From Candidatus Tritonobacter lacicola (GTDB lineage Bacteria > Auribacterota > Tritonobacteria > Tritonobacterales > Tritonobacteraceae): 64,000 nucleotides of DNA. The stretch spans positions 7,175 through 71,174 of the forward strand of contig JAVCDC010000145.1 in assembly GCA_030765135.1 (NCBI GenBank), read 5' to 3'. How positions within the stretch are numbered: position 1 is the first letter of the stretch; every line of letters begins with the position of its first letter. Shown piece by piece: positions 19,140 to 28,594 of the stretch. Under the pieces are notes generated by a model. That model ran no database searches, was not told where the DNA came from, and saw only the letters and a list, made by a program, of their open reading frames with translations. Made by a program: the position numbers and the translations under genes.

Positions 19140-20672
19140 TTACGGTTTGAGGGCTTTCTCTTCTTTCCCCCGGACCTTCTCGACCGCCAGGGTAAGGAAA
19201 TTAACCAGGTAGGGAGTCCCCTGGTTATAGTCTACCTTTACCTCCGCGTGAAACTGCTCGCCGTAGAGCATCCTCGATTTGCTCTTCAGCGTCTGGACAT
19301 ACCTTGATTTGGCCGTAATAACATACTCTTCGGGCAGGGAAACGGGTGAGACCGCCCATCCGTGCACTTCGACAGCCGTGAAAGGGTTGGGAATGCCCTT
19401 GAAGATCGGGCGGTCTTCATATTCCTTTAAGATGGTTATCGGGTTCATCTTGATGTCTTCTTCGAGATCCAGGGAGGTGATGTCCGACCACCCCATGCTC
19501 CGCACAAAGGTGTAGCCGTGAGCTATGCAGGTCGCCTGGTGGCCGAAGCATATGCCGAGCAGGGGGATGTCGGTTTCCCGTATGATTTCGAACTCACCGT
19601 TGTACTCGAACATCGGCAGGTTCTGCTGTCCCGCGTTGTCTCCACTGCAGATAATGGCGACGGGCTCCCTCTTCAGCTTCTTCAGCATATCCATCGACAC
19701 CTCGTAATGTGGAACCGTCAAGGTCTCAAGCCCGAGGTCGAGCCCCTCCACGAACTTCGCGAGCTCGGTGAAGGTAAAACCGTTCATCTGGTTGCCGATG
19801 ACCAGCACGTAGTCCTTCTCCGGGGGTTCCGGCACGGGGGGCTTCCCGGGAGAGTAGGGAATGAAGACATTGATCTGGGGGGCATAGCCGTACCACCTTT
19901 TAATCAGAAGCCGCAGGTAGCGGCAAGAGACGGGCTCTATATCGATGATGTTCCTGAAGGTGTCGTTTTTTTCTATATGCGTTCCCTCGATGTCCTTCCA
20001 TGATCTCCCGTCGCTGCTCATCTGCCAGACGAAATCCCTGAGCCAACCGTCCTTGCCTCCGGATATGTTCGAAAGCATCCAGATTCGTGAGACTTCCGTC
20101 GTCCTGCCGAGGTCGAACTTCACCCACGGCGTTGGATCGCCGGGAGGAGTCGAACGCCAGCACGTAACCTGGCCGGGGTCATCGATATCCACGATATTCT
20201 TCGGGTTTTCTCCGCTTGAAACCTCGACCTTCCGTACGGGGACTCTCACCAGGTTCATGAAGGAATCATCGGAAGTTGTATCCAGATAAAAACGGGTCTG
20301 GCCCCAGGGCCCTTTTCCCCCGGTGGAGTCCACCGCCTGCGCGCGCCAGTAATACCGCGTTTTGTCAGCGAGCGCGTCTTTCTCCTCAACCCGCTTCTCG
20401 GTGATGTCCCGGTTTGTTTCGGGGATGTTTCTATATTCGATCAAAGAGTCGCTGTCGAAAGTGGGGACTTTATCAACCTGATAGATGTAGGTTCGTTTGC
20501 CGCTTCCACCGGAAGCGTTCAATATCGACAGCAAGGGCCTTCTGTTCGTCGCGATTATGTCCCAACTGGGGTTGTTCGTTAAGCGGGGCGCGGTGAGCGG
20601 CTCCGAAGAGCCCCCGGCCACGCAAAAAACACTGACGGCGAAAACCAATAAATAGGGAAAAATCCGCTTCAT
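19140..20672 (-). CDS. Exported FN3-like + discoidin (F5/8 type C) + class I glutamine amidotransferase fusion
   Basis: Signal peptide; YYWRAQAVD; WVKFDLG...SSDGRSW...RYLRL; LGICFGHQ and QFHAE triad. Confidence 0.82.
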   Translation of the reverse strand: MKRIFPYLLVFAVSVFCVAGGSSEPLTAPRLTNNPSWDIIATNRRPLLSILNASGGSGKRTYIYQVDKVPTFDSDSLIEYRNIPETNRDITEKRVEEKDALADKTRYYWRAQAVDSTGGKGPWGQTRFYLDTTSDDSFMNLVRVPVRKVEVSSGENPKNIVDIDDPGQVTCWRSTPPGDPTPWVKFDLGRTTEVSRIWMLSNISGGKDGWLRDFVWQMSSDGRSWKDIEGTHIEKNDTFRNIIDIEPVSCRYLRLLIKRWYGYAPQINVFIPYSPGKPPVPEPPEKDYVLVIGNQMNGFTFTELAKFVEGLDLGLETLTVPHYEVSMDMLKKLKREPVAIICSGDNAGQQNLPMFEYNGEFEIIRETDIPLLGICFGHQATCIAHGYTFVRSMGWSDITSLDLEEDIKMNPITILKEYEDRPIFKGIPNPFTAVEVHGWAVSPVSLPEEYVITAKSRYVQTLKSKSRMLYGEQFHAEVKVDYNQGTPYLVNFLTLAVEKVRGKEEKALKP

Positions 20673-20829
20673 CGCACCCCCTTTTCGGTAAGGCAGCGGC
20701 CGAAGACAAGGCTCTCCTCGAACCTGCGTCTCCGCATTGAATATAATGTTAGTAACTAATTATCTATCAGGCAATAAATTTGCTTACTTCCTGCCTGCCG
20801 GCAGCAGGCGTTCGCGAATTCATTAAAGA

Positions 20830-21810
20830 TTACCTGCCCAGTGTAGCCACCATGACGGCCTTGATCGTATGGACCCTGTTCTCGGCTTCGTCGAAAACTT
20901 TCGAGTGCTTGCTCTCAAAGACCTCGTCCGTCGCCTCGCAGATGTCCGGGTACCGGCTCGAAAGCTCGGTGCAGGTGTTGTGGAAGCAAGGAAGGCAGTG
21001 CATGAAAATCACGTGCGGGTTCCCTGTTTTATCAAGCATGTCACGGTTGACCTGATACGGCCCGAGCAATTTTATCCGCTCCGCGATCTTGCTTTCCTCC
21101 CCCATGGAGGCCCACACGTCCGTGTAAATCACGTCCGCCCCTTCAACACCTTTTTCAACGTCGGAAGTTATCGTGATTTTCCCTTCGTTTTCGCCGGCAA
21201 ATTCCTCCGCGTCCTTTACGAGTTCCTTGGCGGGGAAGAGCGCTTCGGCGGACACGATCCTGAAATCCATGCCCATCTTGGCGGCGCCGACCATAAGGGA
21301 ATTGGCCACGTTGCTCCGGCCGTCCCCAACATAAGCAAAACGAACCCCTTTCAGACAGCCTTTGTTCTCTAAAACTGTCATGAAATCGGCGAGGACCTGT
21401 GTGGGATGAAACCTGTCCGTCAGGCCGTTCCAAACCGGAACGCCGGCGTACCGCGCGAGCTGCTCGACCGTTTCATGTTTGAACCCCCTGAACGCGATCC
21501 CGTCAAACATTCGTCCGAGAACCCTGGCCGTGTCTTTTACCGTTTCCTTCTTCCCGAGCTGGATATCTTGCATCCCGAGGTATTCGGCGTGCGCCCCTTC
21601 ATCCACGCCGGCCACAACGAAGGCGCAGCGGGTTCTCGTTGACGGTTTCTCGAAGATCAGCGCGATATTCTTCCCTTCCAGGCTGTTTTCCCTCGATCCT
21701 GAATATTTGTCTTCTTTCAGCTTGATAGAAAGATCGAGAAGGAACCGGATTTCCCGGGGCGAGTAATTCTCCAGCGTCAAAAAATGTCTCCCTTTCAGGT
21801 TGAACGGCAT
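20830..21810 (-). CDS. argF: Ornithine carbamoyltransferase
   Basis: STRTR, HPTQ, DVWASMG, HCLP, AENRVH. Confidence 0.95.
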   Translation of the reverse strand: MPFNLKGRHFLTLENYSPREIRFLLDLSIKLKEDKYSGSRENSLEGKNIALIFEKPSTRTRCAFVVAGVDEGAHAEYLGMQDIQLGKKETVKDTARVLGRMFDGIAFRGFKHETVEQLARYAGVPVWNGLTDRFHPTQVLADFMTVLENKGCLKGVRFAYVGDGRSNVANSLMVGAAKMGMDFRIVSAEALFPAKELVKDAEEFAGENEGKITITSDVEKGVEGADVIYTDVWASMGEESKIAERIKLLGPYQVNRDMLDKTGNPHVIFMHCLPCFHNTCTELSSRYPDICEATDEVFESKHSKVFDEAENRVHTIKAVMVATLGR

Positions 21811-21990
21811 TTTATCCTCCTTCTTTCTTTCGGGATGATTGCTTATCCATTCAGCGCCTTTTACCCGTGGGATTATATCACAGGACAGAAAAGGGTTATA
21901 ACGGGGAAAGTCCCTGCTGAATCATCTTGAACAGGCAGAGAAAAGATCGCGGTTCAATCTTACGATATATCGGAAGATATGTTCTGCCGC

Positions 21991-22620
21991 TCAGGGCGAG
22001 CGCCAGCCGTATTCCAGCGGATCTTCCAGTTCACCGCCGCCGGAGCCGCCGGGCGAACCGTAAGGAGAGCCGTCGTCCATGACATAGCCTTCCGGGATCC
22101 CGGAACCGGCCGGCTGGAAATTTATCTTCAAGCTGAAAGAAGCCGGAGTGGGTGTCGCCGTCGGCGAGGGAGTCTGTGTCGGTGTGAACGTTGGTGTGGG
22201 CGAGGGCGTGTTCGTCGGAGAAGGCGTCGGCGTAAAAGTAGGTGTGGCGGTCGGGGTAGGCGTAGGTGCAAGGGGGCAATATTTTAAAATTATACCTTTG
22301 TCTCCAACCGCCCAGCCGTTGTCATCATCCGCAAAATCAACGCCGTTCAGTGTAACGTCGGTACCGCTCTCCTGCTCTTTCCACTCCCAGCCGCCGTCCT
22401 CGGTGCGGAGTATCGTCCCTTTTTCACCTACCGCCCATCCCAGCTTTTCGGTCACGAAATCGACGCCGTTCAAACGGCATTCCACACCGCTTTCCAGGTG
22501 CTTCCAGCGCGGCTCGGCGAGCAGCTGGCATGCCGCGCTTGAAACCCAGGCAAGAGACAGGCCCAGAATCAGGATAACCCTGTAAGCCCATATTCTTTCT
22601 TGTCCTGGCCGGTTTTTCAT
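21991..22620 (-). CDS. Secreted protein: two YCF48-like beta repeats, Pro/Thr linker, short INFQP...YGW domain
   Basis: GWAVG twice; PT repeats. Confidence 0.75.
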   Translation of the reverse strand: MKNRPGQERIWAYRVILILGLSLAWVSSAACQLLAEPRWKHLESGVECRLNGVDFVTEKLGWAVGEKGTILRTEDGGWEWKEQESGTDVTLNGVDFADDDNGWAVGDKGIILKYCPLAPTPTPTATPTFTPTPSPTNTPSPTPTFTPTQTPSPTATPTPASFSLKINFQPAGSGIPEGYVMDDGSPYGSPGGSGGGELEDPLEYGWRSP

Positions 22621-22737
22621 AACACCAGATCATATAAGCAGGAACCGTGCCAAGTGAACAGGTGGGGCTGATATTCCGTAATTTCTTGCTGGACAATAAG
22701 TTATTAATAATTATAAGGATTGGGATGGAAACAGATG

Positions 22738-22772
22738 TTTGTCATAATGACAATGTTTATCATTATGACAAA
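22738..22772. promoter_or_regulatory. Inverted repeat, probable operator
   Basis: tttgtcataatga-9 nt-tcattatgacaaa in AT-rich intergenic DNA. Confidence 0.55.
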
Positions 22773-22910
22773 ATTTCTGCGCTTCAGCTAAACCTGGTGA
22801 TTAAGTGATGGGCAAAAGGGAAGATAAACTCAACCTCTCCCCCGCAGAGGGGAAATAAGATGATCAGGGGGAGAGAATGGGTAAGTAAAGGCCGCACACG
22901 GCCCTGTCAG

Positions 22911-23336
22911 TTAGCGACGGCCGCGCCTGCCGCGGCGATCGGCAGGCGCGTATCTTCGCTGGTGGATTGGCCGGGGCGGGGCGGCGGGACTGCGGAGTTC
23001 CTGCTGCATCTGCCGGTAACTTTCCGTGCAGAACTTCTCGACCTCTTCACCGGCATCCTTGCAAATGCGATCCATTTCCTTGTAGAGTTCCGGAGATCCC
23101 TGCCCCGCAGCCCTGTAAAGTTTCGAGGTTCTGCGCTCCACGGTCTTGCCGATTTCACCGCCCGCCTGGCCGACCCTGTCTGTCATCTCCGCGACATACC
23201 GCATGAGCGCCCTCTCTTTTTCTTTCCTTGTCCGGGGCGCTCCCGCCGGCATGGCCGCGAATGAAGGTATCGCGCCCGACATAAAGAGAGCAACGGCTGC
23301 GAGTACTGCCGTAATGTCTATTACGTTCTTCCTCAT
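22911..23336 (-). CDS. Hypothetical secreted helical protein
   Basis: Signal peptide; ORF track. Confidence 0.55.
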   Translation of the reverse strand: MRKNVIDITAVLAAVALFMSGAIPSFAAMPAGAPRTRKEKERALMRYVAEMTDRVGQAGGEIGKTVERRTSKLYRAAGQGSPELYKEMDRICKDAGEEVEKFCTESYRQMQQELRSPAAPPRPIHQRRYAPADRRGRRGRR

Positions 23337-23418
23337 TTTCCGGTCCGTTTCGTCAAATAACCGCTCATAGATGCAAGCGAGCGCAGAACGCGCTACTCGG
23401 TCTTTACCCGATTATGCC

Positions 23419-24864
23419 TCAGGTGACACGGTTACGGCCAGCCTTCTTGGCCAGATAAAGCGCCTCATCCGCGCGGGATACCCACCGGTACAGGTCGGGG
23501 TCCTCCGGCACTATCTCAGCCGTGCCGAAGCTCGCGGTAACCGGGATGACAACATCGCCCCACTCGACAGGGTGGTCCTCTATGTACCGGCGAAGGCGTT
23601 CCGCTAGCTCGCGCGCACCCGATACACCGGTGTCGGGCAAGATTATGATGAACTCCTCCCCTCCGAACCGCGCGCGGGTATCGACGTCCCTCGTGTTCTC
23701 CACAGTGTACCGGGCTATCTCCTGGAGAGTCCTGTCGCCGGCGGGGTGCCCGTACTCGTCGTTGACCGATTTGAAATGATCGATGTCGAATATAATGAGG
23801 GAACACGGGGCTCCGTGGCGCCTGGACCTTTTAAACTGGATATCGAGTTGCTCCCCGGCGAATCTCCGGTTCCTCAAACCCGTCAGGCTGTCCGTGATCG
23901 ACAGTTTTGCAAGCTCCTGCCTTGCCCGGAAAACCTGTTGAAAAAGGAGAAAAAAGAAATAGATGCCGGTGATTCCGAGAAATCCGACGATCAACAGGAG
24001 GATGTCCTGCGCGCTCTTGCTGTACTGCAGCTGGCTGTGGATACTCTTGATTGCATCGCCCGTACCGATACTCCCAAGCATGCTCAACTGCCGTTGAACG
24101 CCAAACCCCAGGCAGATCGCGATGCCGACAGGCACCACCAGAGAGATGATCAGGCAGGCGGTAATCCTCACGGGGGTGACCTCTTCAATGATGAACTTGC
24201 CCGCGCGGGATTCCTTCCAGCGCGCAATTTTCCGGCCGGTCAGCCATAGAACAGGGCCGACTATCAGCAGGAAGTACAGCACGTTATTCAGTATCCACCC
24301 TTCCCACAGCGGAAAGAACATGCTGGTCTCCCCCACGCCCCGCAGCGCCCAGAGGAACGCGGCTGAAGACGATGCCGACGCCCCCAGGAGGACGCTGGCC
24401 GCGAAGATGGCCTTACTTCGGAAGTCGGATAAATCCGGTTCCGCCCTGAAAGCGGAGGCGAGCGTGTGCATCACGAACAGTCCGACCGGGTTGGCGAAAG
24501 AGAAAATAAGCGCGGGAGGAATGGACATGCCGGCGTCCACCGAGACAGCGAACGTGCCGACATATGCGGCCGCCGCCCCCCAGCCGATGCCGAACCAGAA
24601 GGTGAGAATCCCGCTGAGAATGATCGGCGGGTAAAACGTAAAGTAGATGGGTACGTCATGGACCGTCGCGATTTGCACCGCGTCAAAGCCGCAGCGCCGC
24701 GATAGTATCCCGAGGAATACAGACGCGACCGTAAAAGCAAGAAACGTCGCGCCGACGGACAACCTGAAACGACGCGGCAACTCTTCTGCAATGAGGACCC
24801 GTAACGGCAGGGACCTCAATAATGTCCTTCTTCCTTCCTCCCCTGCGACGGCATCAACCCTCAT
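23419..24864 (-). CDS. Membrane-bound diguanylate cyclase (MASE1-like + GGDEF)
   Basis: TDSLTGL, DIDHFKSVND, RDVD I-site, RFGGEEF. Confidence 0.93.
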   Translation of the reverse strand: MRVDAVAGEEGRRTLLRSLPLRVLIAEELPRRFRLSVGATFLAFTVASVFLGILSRRCGFDAVQIATVHDVPIYFTFYPPIILSGILTFWFGIGWGAAAAYVGTFAVSVDAGMSIPPALIFSFANPVGLFVMHTLASAFRAEPDLSDFRSKAIFAASVLLGASASSSAAFLWALRGVGETSMFFPLWEGWILNNVLYFLLIVGPVLWLTGRKIARWKESRAGKFIIEEVTPVRITACLIISLVVPVGIAICLGFGVQRQLSMLGSIGTGDAIKSIHSQLQYSKSAQDILLLIVGFLGITGIYFFFLLFQQVFRARQELAKLSITDSLTGLRNRRFAGEQLDIQFKRSRRHGAPCSLIIFDIDHFKSVNDEYGHPAGDRTLQEIARYTVENTRDVDTRARFGGEEFIIILPDTGVSGARELAERLRRYIEDHPVEWGDVVIPVTASFGTAEIVPEDPDLYRWVSRADEALYLAKKAGRNRVT

Positions 24865-24909
24865 AATATAAATGAAAACCGGGGGCTCTTTTCCTTATTA
24901 ATAAGACGT

Positions 24910-25278
24910 TCAATCTTCATTCCACATCTCACACTCCTGCAGAGCGAGTTCGGCGTAAATCTCCAAGCCTTTGTCGGGCTTTTTATTGTACTTTTTAAGG
25001 GCTTTTAAAGCCTCATCGGAACCGTGATGGGCTAGAATCATCATAACGGCCTCTTTCGTTGATCTTTTTACTTTTCTAGCCAGGAGAAGCTCGCCCATCT
25101 CGACTATCTTTTCTTTCGGAATCTTATCGTAGTTCTCGGGCAGGAGAGAATGGCCGCCTATGTATCTTCCCTGTTCACGCAGTTCTGGAATATCACTGTC
25201 CCTCGTAAACGATATCTGCGGCTCTCTTCCCCGTTCTAAAGCATCTTCCAAAAACAGCCAGAACTCCTTCTCGGTCAT
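24910..25278 (-). CDS. Hypothetical protein
   Basis: ATG 25278 after AAGGGG; lower GC. Confidence 0.65.
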   Translation of the reverse strand: MTEKEFWLFLEDALERGREPQISFTRDSDIPELREQGRYIGGHSLLPENYDKIPKEKIVEMGELLLARKVKRSTKEAVMMILAHHGSDEALKALKKYNKKPDKGLEIYAELALQECEMWNED

Positions 25279-25315
25279 ATTATCCCCCTTTCCTGATGGT
25301 ACATTATAAAACAAT

Positions 25316-26485
25316 TTAGCCCTTCGGCAAGCCCGGGATAAGTTCGCGCTGAACGGTCCATCGCCGTAAGACCTCTTCATTTACGGCAACACCCAGGCCC
25401 GGCCCCGGTGAAAACCCGGGCCGTCGACCGCCATAGCCGAACTGGAGCACCGGTTCAAACGGGTCCTCCCTGAGAAGCAGCAGGCCGAAACAACCTTCCG
25501 CGTAGGTCACCTTACCGACGGCGGTTACCAGTGCCATGTGGGCGGCCGAGAGAAGCGACGACTCCCCCACCTGGCACCCGGCCTGGACCACCAGGCCGGC
25601 CTCGAGCGCTTCTCGGCATCGGTTGCAGGCCGCCACCAGACCGCCGCACTTCGAGATCCGCACGTTGACCGCCGTACACGCGCGCTTCTCTATCAGGCGC
25701 TCCAGGGAGGCACGGTCGCTCAGGCTCTCGTCGGCCATGACTCCTAAACCCGTTTCCCGCACAAGCCTCGCAAGGCCATCAACGTCGCCTGCGGCAACCG
25801 GCTGCTCGAATGAACGCACACCGAATGCCGACAATTCACGCATGGCTTTCAACGCCTCATCGACACTCCACGCCATATTGGCGTCAACCCGGATATCGCA
25901 TCGCTTTCCCAGTACCCGCCGGGCACGGCGGACAGCCTGCGCGTCGATTTCCTTGCCGACCTTCAATTTAACCTGGAGAATTCCGAAAAGACGTATTTTC
26001 AGCATGGTCTTTATATAGTTGACCCCACGGTCAGCAGAGATGACAGGGCTGTAGCGGACACTATCGGGAAAGGTGTTCCGGTCAGCCAGCCGCACGGGCT
26101 CTTTGAATGCTCGTCCGAAGGTGTCGAGGAGGGCGAGATCAACAGCGCACCAGGCGGCGTTTTGCGGCCGGTCAGCGTCCACCCAGTCTGCCGGAGCTTT
26201 CCCGTCACATTCCTCGAGAAATGCTAGTACCTCCCGCATGGAATTGAATTCCGCACCCAGCAGCCGCGGCAGGAGGCTGCCTCGTAATAGTTCGAATGCC
26301 CCCTCCCGTGATTCCCCCGTCACGTATTCACGGGGAAGGCACTCACCGAAGCCAGCGCGGCCGGCATCGGTAACACATTTCACGAATAGGCTTGAGGACG
26401 ATTTTCGTTCCGCCGCGGCGTGCTTGAAGGGCTTGCGGAACGGCAGATCGACGCAGAAGATTTCAAATTTCGCTATGCGTGCCAT
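25316..26485 (-). CDS. Enolase superfamily (muconate cycloisomerase/dipeptide epimerase-like) enzyme
   Basis: GFGECLPREYVTGE, KLKVG, RVDANMAW, EQP, ADES. Confidence 0.88.
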   Translation of the reverse strand: MARIAKFEIFCVDLPFRKPFKHAAAERKSSSSLFVKCVTDAGRAGFGECLPREYVTGESREGAFELLRGSLLPRLLGAEFNSMREVLAFLEECDGKAPADWVDADRPQNAAWCAVDLALLDTFGRAFKEPVRLADRNTFPDSVRYSPVISADRGVNYIKTMLKIRLFGILQVKLKVGKEIDAQAVRRARRVLGKRCDIRVDANMAWSVDEALKAMRELSAFGVRSFEQPVAAGDVDGLARLVRETGLGVMADESLSDRASLERLIEKRACTAVNVRISKCGGLVAACNRCREALEAGLVVQAGCQVGESSLLSAAHMALVTAVGKVTYAEGCFGLLLLREDPFEPVLQFGYGGRRPGFSPGPGLGVAVNEEVLRRWTVQRELIPGLPKG

Positions 26486-27372
26486 CAGTTGCGGGAACCT
26501 TCCTCTTCAAACCACCCCTGAAGATCGGCGAAGAAGGCCTCCCTTTCTTTGCTGAACTCGAGTATGTGCCGTGCGCCCCGATACGTGATGAGCCTCTTAT
26601 AAATGGAGGGCAATCGCTTGAAAAAAGCACGGTTCTTCCCGTTGTCGCATATCCGGTCATTCCCGGCCAATGCCATGAATACCGGCATGGCAAGGCGGCC
26701 CGCATTCCTCGCTATGAACCGTCGCGCCCGCGGCACCTGGAAAAAGAAGCGCGCCGTCGCTTCCTTCAGCGAGAGCCTGTCTTCACGGATAAATGCCCGG
26801 TAGCGTTCGAGTTCCGAGAACATCTCGGTATCGAGGGGAACCGGAATATAAGTCTTGCCGCCGGTCATCATGGACAAGATGATGCGGATTTTCCGCACGA
26901 ACCCTACAGTGGTGAATGTGTACAGTCCCGGTGTGGACAGGATCAAGGAACGGACCATTCCCGGATACCGGCAGGCGAATACCGCAGCCGGTATGGCGCC
27001 GAAGCAGTGACCCAGGACGTGTACCTGCCCGGCATCGTGCCGGTTCATCGCGTATTCCGCCACCGCCTGGACATCCGCCGCCATCTCCCTGAAATTACGG
27101 CAGTCGCCACGTTTTGCCCTGCTGAGGCCCGAGCCGCGGCGGTCCGTGGCGTAGACCGGCGCCCCTGTGCCGGCGATGAACTGTGCAGACTGCACGAACC
27201 AGCCGGAGTGGCTCTGCAATCCATGAGTCATGATCACAGGCACACCCGTTTCGTTCTCGCCGAAGATGCGCACCGGGATGACCTCCTCGCCCGCTATATA
27301 TTCAACGCTCGAACATCGTTGGGCACCGGCCGGCTCGAATGAGGCCTTGAATTTATCGGTATTCATTTTCAC
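26485..27372 (-). CDS. Alpha/beta hydrolase (lysophospholipase-like) with Cys at nucleophile position
   Basis: HGLQSHSGWF, DRRGSGLS, GHCFG, D/H residues. Confidence 0.85.
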   Translation of the reverse strand: MKMNTDKFKASFEPAGAQRCSSVEYIAGEEVIPVRIFGENETGVPVIMTHGLQSHSGWFVQSAQFIAGTGAPVYATDRRGSGLSRAKRGDCRNFREMAADVQAVAEYAMNRHDAGQVHVLGHCFGAIPAAVFACRYPGMVRSLILSTPGLYTFTTVGFVRKIRIILSMMTGGKTYIPVPLDTEMFSELERYRAFIREDRLSLKEATARFFFQVPRARRFIARNAGRLAMPVFMALAGNDRICDNGKNRAFFKRLPSIYKRLITYRGARHILEFSKEREAFFADLQGWFEEEGSRN

Positions 27373-27545
27373 CCGTTTAATGAACGACGGCGGTGCTGCT
27401 TCTTGAAGTGGACGCGTACATCTTCACTATATCCCGCGGATGGAGAAAGGTCAAACCCGGCAGCAGGATCCGATCGTGCTGGCCTTGCGACAGGGCGCCC
27501 GTTATAATAGCCGGAGATTGCTCGTTGAAACAGGAGGTATAACAA

Positions 27546-28541
27546 ATGGCTGCGCCAACCAAAGGGACCTTTCCGGTGTCGACCTTCCCGCCTGCAGTGA
27601 GACCTGCCGTTTCCGCCAACGGCCCGGGAATCGTGCCTGCCGGACTTCGATCAGCCCGCCACCTGCGTCACGGTATTCTGCGAAAAAGAGGATGCGCGGC
27701 TCTCCCTCTCGCTCTGGCGCTTCTCGTCGCTGGAGCGCCGGCGGCGGCCTCGGGGGAGAAGTACACCCCTCAGGTAGAATGGAGAGAGGATTACCGGACG
27801 CTGAGCATTAATTTCCTCGGGAAGGAGATCAGCTATCCCGGGGAGATGCTTAAGGGGGAGTTTCCGCCCGCGGGCGCCGAGCCGGAATTCCGGTTCGAGA
27901 AGGACTGGCCCGTCGTTACGATGCGCGCCCGGTGGACAATGCCGGGTACGGGATGGCCTTCCGAATACCGGCCTAACGCGATCGATCTCATCCTGATGTT
28001 CGCGTGCAACGCGCAGCTTTACGAACACATCGCCCCCGAGGCGGTCAGCTCGTCCTCCTTCACTCACCCCCCGGTATATCTGAAGGAGGTGAGGGATCCG
28101 GGCCATTACAACCTTGCCGAGAAGATGCGAGGGAAAACGCTGGGGTACGAGGTCACGGCTAAGGCGGGTTTCGGCGCCGCGGATTATAAGATCAGGACGA
28201 AGATCCGTGTCGGACTGAGCGAGGACGGAAAAACCGTTTTTTACTACGACAGGCCCGAGTACATCAGCGATTATCTCGAAAGAAAGGACTATTTTTTCGT
28301 TGCGCACGACGGGGGGAAGGAGATACGCTTTGAAGCGAGGATGGTGGCCGTGTGCGCCCCGCGCCGCGCATTCAAAGGTAAGATGATGAGCCGCGTAGAA
28401 GACAGTGCCGGGTACTTCATAAAGCAAATTTACAAGTCCCTGGGTCATGCACCCACCGGAGAGAAGATTGAAAAATTCCTCGAGAGGGTCGAACAGGAAC
28501 GTCAAAAGATCGAATCCCAATCCGGTAAGCGCAGGATATAG
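27546..28541 (+). CDS. Hypothetical exported protein (start uncertain)
   Basis: GGAGG RBS; hydrophobic segment around aa 50-67. Confidence 0.6.
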   Translation: MAAPTKGTFPVSTFPPAVRPAVSANGPGIVPAGLRSARHLRHGILRKRGCAALPLALALLVAGAPAAASGEKYTPQVEWREDYRTLSINFLGKEISYPGEMLKGEFPPAGAEPEFRFEKDWPVVTMRARWTMPGTGWPSEYRPNAIDLILMFACNAQLYEHIAPEAVSSSSFTHPPVYLKEVRDPGHYNLAEKMRGKTLGYEVTAKAGFGAADYKIRTKIRVGLSEDGKTVFYYDRPEYISDYLERKDYFFVAHDGGKEIRFEARMVAVCAPRRAFKGKMMSRVEDSAGYFIKQIYKSLGHAPTGEKIEKFLERVEQERQKIESQSGKRRI

Positions 28542-28594
28542 ACAGGTTTCCGTTCTTGCAGCATTACCCATACGGGTGAAAGGAGTGATTTTAA

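Noticed and set aside
20673-20829. Riboswitch upstream of the amidohydrolase/gad genes
   Set aside because: No consensus recognised by eye, only a short REP-like cctgcctgccggcagcagg; an Rfam scan is needed to exclude it
20830-21810. argF as part of an arginine/agmatine deiminase acid-resistance cluster
   Set aside because: No deiminase or carbamate kinase in the window
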